NCBI GenBank assembly: GCA_002790095.1
Contig: PFUL01000189.1
Coordinates: 5,206-69,205 of the forward strand
Direction: 5' to 3'
From: Elusimicrobia bacterium CG_4_9_14_3_um_filter_62_55
GTDB taxonomy: Bacteria; Elusimicrobiota; Elusimicrobia; UBA1565
Length of the DNA stretch: 64,000 bases
This document shows positions 9,343 through 18,348 of this stretch, one piece after another. Below the pieces are notes generated by a model, which did not search any database, was not told the origin of the DNA, and was given only the letters and a program-made list of their open reading frames with translations. The position numbers were made by a program, and so were the translations under genes. Positions within the stretch are counted from its first letter, which is position 1, and each line of letters starts with the position of its first letter.

Positions 9343-9899
9343 GCGTCCTCCCTTCCGGCGGCCATGAGAGCCTTGCGAAAGGCCGCGCGCGCCCGGGCGA
9401 CCCGCGAGCGGACCGTCCCCAGAGGAACCCCGAGAACTTTTCCCATTTCTTCGTAGCTGATCCCTTCCATGTCCACCATCGCCAATGCGGCCCGATGCTC
9501 GTCGGAAAGCGATTCCAAAATCATCCGGATCTCGCGGGCGTTCTCTCCGCGGGCCATCGCTTCCAACGCGTCCTCCGCGCCGTCCGACAGGGATTCCGCG
9601 TAACTGCCGCGGTCTTCGGCGACTCCCGAAACACTGCGGTCGATGGAGACCGAATGCCTCCGGTCATAGCGGCGCCGTCCGTCTAAAAAAACGTTCCGGA
9701 GAATCCGGAAATACCACGCGTCCATCGACCGCGATGGATCGAAATGGTCCTTAAACCGGAACAGCCGGACGAACGCTTCCTGCACCAATTCCTTCGCCTC
9801 CTCGGCGTTTCCGCTAAGCCGATACGCGAACTGAAACGCCCGTTCGCCGTAATCCCGTATGAAGGCTTCGAAGTCGGGCGCCGCGCCTTCTGACCGCAA
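9339..9899 (-). CDS. ECF (sigma-70 family group 4) RNA polymerase sigma factor
   Basis: Region 2 (EAKELVQEAFVRLFRF) and region 4 (LSDEHRAALAMVDMEGISYEEMGKVLGVPLGTVRSRVARAR). The start is set at TTG 9899, preceded by a GGAGGA SD with a 5-nt spacer; the six-frame ORF to 9995 is considered over-extended. Confidence 0.8.
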   Translation of the reverse strand: MRSEGAAPDFEAFIRDYGERAFQFAYRLSGNAEEAKELVQEAFVRLFRFKDHFDPSRSMDAWYFRILRNVFLDGRRRYDRRHSVSIDRSVSGVAEDRGSYAESLSDGAEDALEAMARGENAREIRMILESLSDEHRAALAMVDMEGISYEEMGKVLGVPLGTVRSRVARARAAFRKALMAAGREDA

Positions 9900-9920
9900 T
9901 GGTTTCCTCCGCTTGTCTGC

Positions 9921-9944
9921 GGTGCCGGGATTAATCCCGGCACC
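9921..9944. promoter_or_regulatory. Perfect 24-bp palindrome GGTGCCGGGATTAATCCCGGCACC in the 5' leader of the ECF sigma operon
   Basis: Exact inverted repeat (12+12) read directly from the sequence, 11 nt upstream of the sigma SD. Candidate operator or leader RNA stem-loop. Confidence 0.4.
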
Positions 9945-10002
9945 GATGTCATTGTCGCATCTTTGGCGCCCAGGAACATCGAACCTTGGTCCCAATGCTA
10001 CG

Positions 10003-10027
10003 TACGATCGACCCCCCGAAAAGTTCC
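10003..10027 (-). promoter_or_regulatory. Candidate ECF-type promoter (GGAAC-N16-CGTA) for the sigma operon
   Basis: On the minus strand, GGAAC (10027..10023), a 16-nt spacer, then CGTA (10006..10003). This resembles sigW/sigE-class autoregulated promoters. Assigned by motif only. Confidence 0.3.
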
Positions 10028-10045
10028 CTCCAATTTTAAGTTAGA

Positions 10046-10837
10046 ATGCCCGGGATGCGGCCCATCCTCTTTTCGCTGGGTTCCATGAACTTTTTCGCCA
10101 GTCCGATTTTCGCCGGGCTCAGCGCGATTCTAGCCGCCCTTTACATTTGGGCCTACCGCGATCCGAAGGCTCTCGATGACGAGGCCTATTGGAATTTGAT
10201 GCTCTGGCTCTCGGTGGGTACGCTTGGCGCGGGCTTGGCGGCCTACTTCGTTCTCTACGGCGGGGGATGGGAATCCAACCTGGCGTTTATCTTCCGCCAC
10301 CACCGGGTCAAAGGCGGCGCCTTTTACGGGAACTATTGGGGTGCGATGGCGACGGTCTGGCTGTTCGCGCGGGTTTGGAAGTTGCCGTTTCGCCCGCTCG
10401 CGGACCGCGTCGCGACGGCGGCCCCTCTCGCGCTCGCGTTGATGCGGTTTGGATGCATTCAGCACGGATGCTGCTTCGGAAGACCCTCAAGCCTCCCCTG
10501 GGCTCTCGTCTTTACCGATCCCCGAAGCGCTGTCCCTAATTCTTTGCTGGGGGTACCACTGCATCCCAGCCAAGTGTACGAAGCCTTCGGCAACCTCGCG
10601 ATTTTCTGCGTCCTGCACTTTGTGGTCTTCAAGCGCATCCGTGCCGGGAGATTGCCGGAGGGATTCGCGTTTCTCGCGTCGACGACTCTGTACGCCGTCC
10701 TGCGTCTCACGCTCGGACATTGGCGGGGTAGCGATCCGGGGATCTTCACGCCCTGGGGGCTGACGACCGCGCAATGCATCGCGCTGATGAGCCTCGCGGG
10801 TTGCGCCGTCTTGGCCCGGCGCTGGCGCAAGGCGTGA
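10046..10837 (+). CDS. lgt: Prolipoprotein diacylglyceryl transferase
   Basis: Lgt signature motifs GCCFGRP and HPSQVYEAF. Polytopic membrane protein of 263 aa. Confidence 0.85.
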   Translation: MPGMRPILFSLGSMNFFASPIFAGLSAILAALYIWAYRDPKALDDEAYWNLMLWLSVGTLGAGLAAYFVLYGGGWESNLAFIFRHHRVKGGAFYGNYWGAMATVWLFARVWKLPFRPLADRVATAAPLALALMRFGCIQHGCCFGRPSSLPWALVFTDPRSAVPNSLLGVPLHPSQVYEAFGNLAIFCVLHFVVFKRIRAGRLPEGFAFLASTTLYAVLRLTLGHWRGSDPGIFTPWGLTTAQCIALMSLAGCAVLARRWRKA

Positions 10838-11622
10838 ACCGCCGCACGGTCGCGCTGCTCGCGCTTGCGGCCTTCGTCGCCTGCGTCGCGATCGCCCGCT
10901 GGGATCTCGTGGAACAAGCCGCCCGCATGACCGTAAAGCAGTTCGCCCGTGGAGGCGCGGCGCGCGGGAAGCTGCTTTTCGAGATCGCGCTGTTTGCGGG
11001 CATCCTCGGTTTCACTTTGCGCGTCGTCCCGCTGCGCGTCGATCCCCGCGTGGACTTGACGGTTCTCGCGCTGGCCGCCGTCGCGGGCTGGTGCGCCGAG
11101 GCTTGGGGGACGCGGCTCGGACTGTGGACCTACTACACGCGGGAAACTCCGCCGCTCTGGATCGTGCCGGCCTGGCCGCTGGGAGCCTTGGTGATCGACC
11201 GAATGTCCGATCATGCGAGCCGCCTGCTGGCCCCCCGGCTGGACACTCGCGGCGCGGCGCTCCTGTACGGGGGGCTCGTCGTCTTGACCGTGGTCGTTTT
11301 CGCTGCGTTCAGCCGTCCCGTTCTCACACACCCGGCGACCGTGGCCCTGGCGGCCGCGCTCCTCGCGGGCTTTGCGATTAAGCCCGATCCGAAAGCCGCC
11401 GTTCCCGTCCTGCTCACCGGATTCGTGTGCGTCTTCTTCGCTGATCTCTGGGGGACGACCAATCATTGCTGGCGCTACCACCTCCAACATCCCAACACGC
11501 TCCCGCGCCTGGGCGCGGGGATCGGCTTTGGGATGGTATTCGACACCGCGGTCGTTTTTCTCTGTCTCAGGTTGGGGAAAGCGATCTGGGCCCCAAGGGC
11601 CAAAGGACCTAATAGGGCCTAA
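10834..11622 (+). CDS. Polytopic membrane protein of unknown function
   Basis: The GTG at 10834 overlaps the lgt TGA (GTGA). Six or seven hydrophobic segments. No recognisable catalytic motif. Confidence 0.45.
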   Translation: MNRRTVALLALAAFVACVAIARWDLVEQAARMTVKQFARGGAARGKLLFEIALFAGILGFTLRVVPLRVDPRVDLTVLALAAVAGWCAEAWGTRLGLWTYYTRETPPLWIVPAWPLGALVIDRMSDHASRLLAPRLDTRGAALLYGGLVVLTVVVFAAFSRPVLTHPATVALAAALLAGFAIKPDPKAAVPVLLTGFVCVFFADLWGTTNHCWRYHLQHPNTLPRLGAGIGFGMVFDTAVVFLCLRLGKAIWAPRAKGPNRA

Positions 11623-11695
11623 AAAAGGCCCTTGACGAGTTCGGCCGCAAACGGCATCTTTAATAGCGTAAGACCGAAGAAACGGAGAAACGCCC

Positions 11696-11950
11696 ATGAA
11701 ACTTAATCTAGTCAAAGGCTTCGTGATCGCATTCGCGATCGCCGCGCTCGGACTGATGTCCGCCGCTCCAAAAATCGACGCCTCCGAACCGACTCCGGAT
11801 CAGGTCCAAAAGAACGCAGACAACCTCTACAACACGAACAAGACCGTTTCCGATGCCTACCAGCAAGGCTGGGATCAGGCGCAGGCCGCCAAGCAAGCCG
11901 CCGAAGAGGGTGAAGACGAGGAAGAGGGCGGTTGCTGCGGAGGAAGTTAA
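11696..11950 (+). CDS. Small secreted acidic protein with C-terminal GGCCGGS
   Basis: Signal peptide MKLNLVKGFVIAFAIAALGLMSAAP. Acidic tail EEGEDEEEGGCCGGS. 84 aa. Confidence 0.5.
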   Translation: MKLNLVKGFVIAFAIAALGLMSAAPKIDASEPTPDQVQKNADNLYNTNKTVSDAYQQGWDQAQAAKQAAEEGEDEEEGGCCGGS

Positions 11951-11991
11951 GATGAAGGGTTTGCGTTAAGGGCTTCTTAATCGGGGGCGCG

Positions 11992-12279
11992 TTGCTGGCT
12001 TTCGCCCTGATGAGTTCCTCGCCTGAACCGCTTCAGGCCACGTCGGCCAGTCAAGCCTACAACGAAGGCTACAACGCCGGCGCCAAAGCCTACGAAGACG
12101 ACAAAGCTCCCGAGGAGGAAGAGGAGGAAAAGGGAGGCTGTGCGGAGGCGGCGGAGGGGCTTAACGCTCTAAACGTCAGCGTCTTTTGCTCGAGGAGCGT
12201 CGGCCGCCGGCCGACGCTCCTTTCGTATCGGCGAGGTCTTTCACGCCGATGTCCGATGCCACGACCTCGAGGGCGCTGA
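11992..12279 (+). CDS. Paralog of the preceding small acidic protein (possibly frameshifted or pseudogene; ends uncertain)
   Basis: SQAYNEGYNAGAKAYEDD...EEEEEEKGGC parallels SDAYQQGWDQAQAAKQAAEEGEDEEEGGCC. A signal-peptide-like GALLAFALMSSSPEPLQA is only reachable from the upstream ATG (11952) by a frame change. The tail overlaps the convergent gene. Confidence 0.3.
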   Translation: MLAFALMSSSPEPLQATSASQAYNEGYNAGAKAYEDDKAPEEEEEEKGGCAEAAEGLNALNVSVFCSRSVGRRPTLLSYRRGLSRRCPMPRPRGR

Positions 12280-13102
12280 GATCGGTTCCGGGCGGAATCC
12301 CGTTCATCATCACATTGCCCATCTGCGGGGCGAGCCAGGTCGTCGTATCGGTGACGAATTTCGTCATGGTTTTATCGTGCGTCATGAAGTGCACGGCTTG
12401 ATCGTAGATCGGCTGCGGAGGTTTCTTCTGAAGGGCTTCGTTGGACATCCCGATGGCGGCGCGCCAGGTTTCGGGTTTGAGTGCGTACTTGCGCACCACT
12501 CCGCGAACCTCGGGCAGTTTGATCGCGTTGCGCACGAACGCGAACGCGTTGCGGTCTTTTGCGTACTGCGCGCGAAGCGCCATGTAGCGGGGCAGTTTTC
12601 CGAACGCGAGGTCCACTTCTTTGACGATCGGGTCGCTCTTCCTATAGCGGCTCGAGATTTTTCCGTAACGGTTCAATTCCGCCTGGATGTGCTTGTCCCA
12701 CTTCTTGATGAACTCCTCTTCCTTCAGCCGAGCGGCCTTCTCATCGCCGGGAGCGCTTCCCGAGGCCCCGGGGGCGCCGCCTTTAGCGAACGCCTTGTCC
12801 TGTTCGGGAACGAACCCGGCCAACCCCGGGCCCGCGCCGGCGTTTCGCCGGGCCGCCTGCTGTTCGAATTTGGAAACGTAATGCGTCGCCGATCCGTCAT
12901 CGGTGGGAATTTCGTCCAAATTGAACGCGCTCGCCTCCTCCGACGAGGGGGGAGGGCCCTTCCGCGATAAAAAGAAGAAAATCCCGATGCTGACGAGAAC
13001 GATCGGAATCAGCGCGAAGAATAATCCGTTCGACGACGATCTCGGGTTGGGGGGGGGCGGCGCTTCAGGCGTATCCATAGTCTTTTCGAAGTTTAACAGC
13101 AC
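12176..13102 (-). CDS. Single-pass membrane hypothetical protein
   Basis: TM segment LFFALIPIVLVSIGIFFFL followed by a Gly/Ala-rich linker and a globular region. No recognised motif. Confidence 0.45.
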   Translation of the reverse strand: MLLNFEKTMDTPEAPPPPNPRSSSNGLFFALIPIVLVSIGIFFFLSRKGPPPSSEEASAFNLDEIPTDDGSATHYVSKFEQQAARRNAGAGPGLAGFVPEQDKAFAKGGAPGASGSAPGDEKAARLKEEEFIKKWDKHIQAELNRYGKISSRYRKSDPIVKEVDLAFGKLPRYMALRAQYAKDRNAFAFVRNAIKLPEVRGVVRKYALKPETWRAAIGMSNEALQKKPPQPIYDQAVHFMTHDKTMTKFVTDTTTWLAPQMGNVMMNGIPPGTDLSALEVVASDIGVKDLADTKGASAGGRRSSSKRR

Positions 13103-13114
13103 CCTGAAGGGGTG

Positions 13115-14632
13115 TCAAGCAGTCTCTTGAGTCCGCGCGACCGCAGTCCCGGCGAGACACAGGAGAAACAACGCCGCTGCGAGAAAATACGCCGCGTTCC
13201 CGGTTTTCGCGTACAACGACCTTCCGGAAGCAGGGGCAAGCTCCACCACAAACGCTCCTCTCTCCCCGAAGGAAAGCCGCTTGCGAATTTTTCCGGAGCG
13301 GTCGATGCCGACGCTGATGCCCGAAGTCGCCGCGCGGAACACGGGGGTTCGGGTTTCCACCGCGCGCAAAACAGCGATACGAAGGTTCTGCTCCGGCATC
13401 TGATTATTGTCCGCCCAAGAATCGCTTGTTTGCAGCACGAACGCGTCCGGAGCGGGCTCGGAAGCGGCCAACCGCCGCGTGAGCCACGGCTTCACCGCGT
13501 CGTAGCAAATCAAGGCACCCAACCGCGTCCCGTTCGGTAGGGTCAGCAGGCGGCCGTGTCCGCGGTGTATCGGATCCATCGCCGGCACGATGTCCTTCAG
13601 GACGGGAAACCAATTCGCGCCCGGCATCCACTCGGAGAACGGCGTCGGATTCAGCTTTTCAGAATGTCCGCCATATCCACCGTCGACCCTGACCAGAACG
13701 GCCGCGTGATGGCGACGAACGATCGCGGTCGTTCCCCGGTACCCGACGATTTCCTTCGTTCGGGTTCCCAGGATGATCGGGACTCGGAACGGGAACTCCA
13801 CCCGCATTGCCGCCGGGAAATCGGTTTCCCACGGCGACCGCTCCTTGCCGTAGGTCCAGACTCGTTCGTAGGTGTTTTGGGGGAAAAGAATCAATTCCGG
13901 GAATTCCGCGAGTACCGAATCCGCCAACTGACGGTACACCGCCAAATTTTGGCCGTAGCGTTCGGGGATCCAGCGCTCCGCATCGGGCACCGAGCCCTGA
14001 AGGACGGCTACGCGCAGGCGCATCCGGCTCTGCGCGTCTTCCACGGCGATCCGCCTCACGCTCCATATCCCGAATACCTCGTTCGCCCCAAGAAAAACAA
14101 GCGCGATCAGCAGAGGTCGGAATCGGCGATAGGAAACGGCATAGAAGATCCCCGCATTTAAACCGTGTACCAGCCAAGAGACGCCGCCCATCCCCAACAG
14201 CGATAAGCTCTGAATCGCCGGGAGATGATCGCTGAGCGCGACCGCCAAATACGAAGGATAAATCTGAGGCCAAAACGCCTCGGCGGCAACTCCGGCGGGC
14301 ACAATGAGCCACGGGAGCCCCGTCCACGCGGCCGTTCCGGCGGCCAAGCCCCAGGGAAGTCCCCAAAACAAAACCAGCGGCGCAGAAGCGAGCACCGCCG
14401 CCGGAGTGCTTATCTTCATCAGCAAAGCCGCAGGGGCGTAAGTCCAATACGCTCCGACCCCCCAATACACCGCTCCAAAGGTCCAGCCGAGCAGGAATGC
14501 CGCGCGCGGCGTTCGCGTCGCCGCCGCATGATAGAGGGGGACAAACGAAATCAAAATCAAAACGCCCCACGCCCCGCCCCAAAACCCCGCGCCGCCGGCG
14601 GCCGCCCCGACGAGCGTCCCGATCACGCGAAC
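13115..14632 (-). CDS. lnt: Apolipoprotein N-acyltransferase
   Basis: N-terminal polytopic region plus C-terminal CN-hydrolase domain (VAVLQGSVP..., ALICYDA...). The start is approximate (GTG 14632); the six-frame ORF to 14689 overlaps the upstream gene. Confidence 0.75.
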   Translation of the reverse strand, partial: VRVIGTLVGAAAGGAGFWGGAWGVLILISFVPLYHAAATRTPRAAFLLGWTFGAVYWGVGAYWTYAPAALLMKISTPAAVLASAPLVLFWGLPWGLAAGTAAWTGLPWLIVPAGVAAEAFWPQIYPSYLAVALSDHLPAIQSLSLLGMGGVSWLVHGLNAGIFYAVSYRRFRPLLIALVFLGANEVFGIWSVRRIAVEDAQSRMRLRVAVLQGSVPDAERWIPERYGQNLAVYRQLADSVLAEFPELILFPQNTYERVWTYGKERSPWETDFPAAMRVEFPFRVPIILGTRTKEIVGYRGTTAIVRRHHAAVLVRVDGGYGGHSEKLNPTPFSEWMPGANWFPVLKDIVPAMDPIHRGHGRLLTLPNGTRLGALICYDAVKPWLTRRLAASEPAPDAFVLQTSDSWADNNQMPEQNLRIAVLRAVETRTPVFRAATSGISVGIDRSGKIRKRLSFGERGAFVVELAPASGRSLYAKTGNAAYFLAAALFLLCLAGTAVARTQETA

Positions 14633-15900
14633 GCCTCTGCGAAGGCCCGGACCCGGGCGAAGATCCCGTCGGTGTTGACGTAATCCCAACGGCCGCTGCG
14701 TCCGAGCAGGAACACGCCCAGCGGTTCGAGTTCCCTTTCCAACGCCGCCCGGTCCCGGTCGAGATCGAGCGTTTGGATCGGATAGGTGCAGTGTTCCCTA
14801 TGAGCGGCAACAAGCCCGATGTCATCCTCCGAACCGAGAATCCCGGCCGCGAGCAAATCACGGATCACACGCCCTTGCGCGTCGGCCTCTTCGCCCTTCA
14901 CGGTAATTTCCGCGACCACGGTGTCCAACCGCGCCGGATCCAACGCGTTCATGAAGGTCAGGCGATAGAAGCTCTCCGGCCCCGCGAAGAACACCCAATG
15001 GCAGTCGCCGAATCTCCGGAATCTGCGTCCTTCCTTCAAACCGACGGCGACGAAGATCGTGTCGTTGAACTTAAAACGGTCTCGCGACGCCTTCCAAGGG
15101 CCCGGCGGAAGGGCGTCGATCAACGACGGGATCGGGATCGTCGAAACGACGCGCTCGGCTTCCAAGCGCCGCCCGCGCTCGCAGCACACGCGCCAACCGC
15201 GCTCCGTTTTTTCGAGGGAGCGAACCGGAACGCCCGTCGCAATCTCGCCTCCAGACGCCTTCGCCACCGCGTCGGGAATCGCGCCGGCTCCGTTCGTCCT
15301 GGGGTAAATGAAGCGCGATTGATAGCCGCGCCCGACGGTTCCGGGGATCAGCGCGTTGCGTACGATTTTCCAGGGCGGCTCGGGTTCGATCTTGTTTTTA
15401 ACGAGCCCCATCGAAATTTCCTGGAGCGGGACGCTCCAAATCTTCCGGTTGTAGGGAAGCATGAAATGCCGCGCGATTCCGTCGCCGAGGCCGTGCTCGA
15501 TCCAATGGTGCAAGTTGCGAAACGGCCGCTCGCCGAACATGGAGGCGCGCAGATACCCCGACACGCACTCCCAGCGGTCCCCGAACGGAAGGTCCGCCAG
15601 ACCGTTCTCGAACGGATAGTTGACCGCCCGCCCGCGATGGTGGACCCGGACGCGCCGCGCGTGCGCGCGATACTCGATGGGCAGCGCGCGGTACTCCGAC
15701 ATGATTGCGGGATCGCGGCTGTAAAACGCATGCGGGCCGACGTCCCAACTCCAATCGCCTTTCGAAATCGTCCGGCAAAGCCCGCCCGTCATTTCGCGCG
15801 ATTCTAAAACGACGGTTTCGACGCCCCGCTCGTGCAACAGCCGCCGCAACTGCAGACCGGCGAGACCGCCGCCCAAAATCACCGCCGGTACGACCGTCAC
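14623..15900 (-). CDS. FAD-dependent oxidoreductase (UDP-galactopyranose mutase / amine-oxidase-like fold)
   Basis: The GTG at 15900 overlaps the upstream TGA (GTGA). Rossmann dinucleotide motif VILGGGLAGLQLRRLL...VLESREMTGG; GPHAFYSRD resembles the UGM GPHIFHT segment. Confidence 0.6.
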   Translation of the reverse strand: MTVVPAVILGGGLAGLQLRRLLHERGVETVVLESREMTGGLCRTISKGDWSWDVGPHAFYSRDPAIMSEYRALPIEYRAHARRVRVHHRGRAVNYPFENGLADLPFGDRWECVSGYLRASMFGERPFRNLHHWIEHGLGDGIARHFMLPYNRKIWSVPLQEISMGLVKNKIEPEPPWKIVRNALIPGTVGRGYQSRFIYPRTNGAGAIPDAVAKASGGEIATGVPVRSLEKTERGWRVCCERGRRLEAERVVSTIPIPSLIDALPPGPWKASRDRFKFNDTIFVAVGLKEGRRFRRFGDCHWVFFAGPESFYRLTFMNALDPARLDTVVAEITVKGEEADAQGRVIRDLLAAGILGSEDDIGLVAAHREHCTYPIQTLDLDRDRAALERELEPLGVFLLGRSGRWDYVNTDGIFARVRAFAEAFA

Positions 15901-17060
15901 CGCTTCTCCACCCGAACGTCCTCGACCCCGCGCACTTCGTACCGGTAGGGACCCCAATCGATCGTGCGGCGAAGCGACGCGAAATAATTGACGAAGAGGA
16001 GCAGCCACAACGCCGGAACCGCCGCCGACGCGGCGGCTGTACGCGCCAACGCCGCTGCGACACTCCCAAGCCGTGGATAAAAGGACGCCTCCAATGCGGC
16101 CGTCGTCGCCAAGAGAGCAGCGGCGTCCGCCGCCACCAACGCCGCCGCGAGTTCCAGCGATCCTCCCGCGGCCGCTCGAAACGCCGCGTAAAGCTTGAAC
16201 GCAGTCAGGAGAAGACCCATCCACCAGACGCGGGGCTCGAAGAGGCGGTAGGCGGTCATCCACTTGTTGAAAAGGGCGAGTGTTTCCCCGAACCGAGCGG
16301 ACCCGATTTCGTACGGCATCGCGCCATGCACGAAGCGGACACGGAGTCCGCGGCTTCGCGCGATACGCGTCAGCGCCAAATCCTCATAGAGCGAATGGGA
16401 CCATACCGCGGACACCTCGGCGTCGCGGAACGCCTTCGGGGAGATCGCGAACGATTGTCCGGTCACGTTATTCGCCCACTCGAAATACGGAAGTCCCCAG
16501 GTCATCCAAACGGAACGAAGGAGCGCGCCGGCAGACGGCGCGGACGGCGCGAAATAAGTCGCGGCCGTCGCGACCTCCGCGCTCGCGTCCGCGATCGGGG
16601 CGCAGAGCCGACGCAGCCAATCGATTCGGAAGCGTTGATCGCAATCGGCAAAAACCCACGCTCCGGAGTCGAACCGATCGGACTCGAGCGCGAACAGCAG
16701 ATCGGTGATTTTTCCGCTGGAACGCGTCGGGACAAGCTCCGAAGCCAGCACGCACGCGTCCTCCCGATCTCCGACGACCGCCCGAAGCACTCCGAACGCC
16801 GGATCTTGTTTTGCCGGGGTCACGAACACGAAACGGAGGCGGCCGGCGAAATCCTGATCGAGCAGCGAGGCCGCGTTCTCGGCCAAGGCGCGCGAGTCTC
16901 CCGCGCAAGGGACGAACACCGTCGCGGAAAATTCCGCGTCCGGCGCCTCGTTTCCGCCGACGAATAGGGTTCGCAGAGAAAATCGCACGGCGACGATCAG
17001 TTGAACAACCCCGACCACACAGCAAAGCATCGTCAGTTCGAACAGCGACGGCCGCGGCAT
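15897..17060 (-). CDS. Family 2 glycosyltransferase (ceramide-glucosyltransferase/HpnI-like)
   Basis: GT2 DxD-type core FVFVTPAKQDP...VFADCDQRF. N- and C-terminal TM segments. ATG at 17060 overlaps the upstream stop by 1 nt (TGATG). Confidence 0.6.
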   Translation of the reverse strand: MPRPSLFELTMLCCVVGVVQLIVAVRFSLRTLFVGGNEAPDAEFSATVFVPCAGDSRALAENAASLLDQDFAGRLRFVFVTPAKQDPAFGVLRAVVGDREDACVLASELVPTRSSGKITDLLFALESDRFDSGAWVFADCDQRFRIDWLRRLCAPIADASAEVATAATYFAPSAPSAGALLRSVWMTWGLPYFEWANNVTGQSFAISPKAFRDAEVSAVWSHSLYEDLALTRIARSRGLRVRFVHGAMPYEIGSARFGETLALFNKWMTAYRLFEPRVWWMGLLLTAFKLYAAFRAAAGGSLELAAALVAADAAALLATTAALEASFYPRLGSVAAALARTAAASAAVPALWLLLFVNYFASLRRTIDWGPYRYEVRGVEDVRVEKR

Positions 17061-18262
17061 CACGCGTCCTCTTCGGTGGACACGACTTCGACGCGTTCCG
17101 GTCCCAGGACCCGATACCGAGTTCCCGACCAAACGACTTCGCGAGACCACGGTGAAAGCGCGGCGGCGTAAGCCAGCACCCCGAGCACCGCAGGAAACGC
17201 CGCCACGGAGGCGAGCGCGTTCAGGCAACCGACACGCCATGACCCGAAGGTATGCGGAAGCCACCAGGCGACCGCCCCGACGGCGATCAGCGGGTTCGTG
17301 GAAAACACCAAGAGGGTGACGAGGAGCAGTCGCCAGTTCAGCGGAGGGACCAACGCCCAATAGATAAGATAGACGACCCAGCCGACGGCCAGCGTCGCCA
17401 GCAGCCAGACCCCTGCGTCGCACACGCGCAGGTTGAAAAATGCGCGCTTAGCCTCCTCGAAAACCCGGTCCCACCCGGAATCATCCCAAAACCCGACTCC
17501 CGCTTCCGGGACCCAGCGCAGGCTCCCCCGGTTGCAAGCGAATACTCGGTTCAACACAACATCGTCGAAATACGAACGCGCCCATATTTCACGGATCCCA
17601 AACGCTTCAAAATCGCGCTTGCGGATCGCCCAGGACCATCCGACGAGCAGGCGTTCGAACGTCATCCCCGTCATAGAAAGCGCCGATAGTGAAAGCTTCG
17701 CGAATTCCGAGAGGCGTCCGGAACGCGGAACGTACAACGCGTGCGTTGTGGTCGCCGCGACCCCCGGGTTCCGCCATAATCCCAAGACGAGCGCTTCAAG
17801 CCAGTGAGGAGGAACGCGGATATCGGCATCGGCGAACGCGAACACTTCTGTATTCGGATCGGCCGCGTCGACGCCGTACAAAAGCGACACGATTTTCGCG
17901 GAAGAAGTCCGCGGCTTTAAATCCGTTATCAGCAGCCGCGCCCCAGGACGCCCGACCTCGCGGAGCAACTCCCGAACGACCCCCGTGGCGGGGTCGTTTT
18001 CAGTCGGCGTAACGAAGAGAAATTGGACGGTTCCACAGTATCGCTGGTCAAGAAGGGACCTCAAATTGTCCTTCATCGTTGAAAGGGGCCCTTTGCAGGG
18101 AACCAGCACCGACGCGCAGGGCAGGGCAGGTCCTGGCGCGCGGCGATTCCATTGCCGGACACGGGTGCGAATCTTGAGGGCGAACGCCGCGGAAACGGAA
18201 GCCTGAATCAGCCCGGTACACAAGCAGGCCGCCGTTAAACTCAGTTCATTGATAGGGTGCAT
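17060..18262 (-). CDS. Family 2 glycosyltransferase, tandem paralog
   Basis: FLFVTPTENDP...AFADADIRV parallels the downstream GT2. C-terminal polytopic region. Confidence 0.6.
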   Translation of the reverse strand: MHPINELSLTAACLCTGLIQASVSAAFALKIRTRVRQWNRRAPGPALPCASVLVPCKGPLSTMKDNLRSLLDQRYCGTVQFLFVTPTENDPATGVVRELLREVGRPGARLLITDLKPRTSSAKIVSLLYGVDAADPNTEVFAFADADIRVPPHWLEALVLGLWRNPGVAATTTHALYVPRSGRLSEFAKLSLSALSMTGMTFERLLVGWSWAIRKRDFEAFGIREIWARSYFDDVVLNRVFACNRGSLRWVPEAGVGFWDDSGWDRVFEEAKRAFFNLRVCDAGVWLLATLAVGWVVYLIYWALVPPLNWRLLLVTLLVFSTNPLIAVGAVAWWLPHTFGSWRVGCLNALASVAAFPAVLGVLAYAAALSPWSREVVWSGTRYRVLGPERVEVVSTEEDA

Positions 18263-18348
18263 AGAAGCGGATGTCGAGGAAATTCGCAGATCCCGATAGC
18301 GGAAGGATAAGCCGATTCCCAGATAAAATCAATCCAAACAAGGATATC

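Noticed and set aside
9972-10006. Plus-strand GAACC-N16-CGTA as an ECF promoter for lgt
   Set aside because: The -35 match is weak and the motif overlaps the better minus-strand GGAAC-N16-CGTA. It is probably coincidental.
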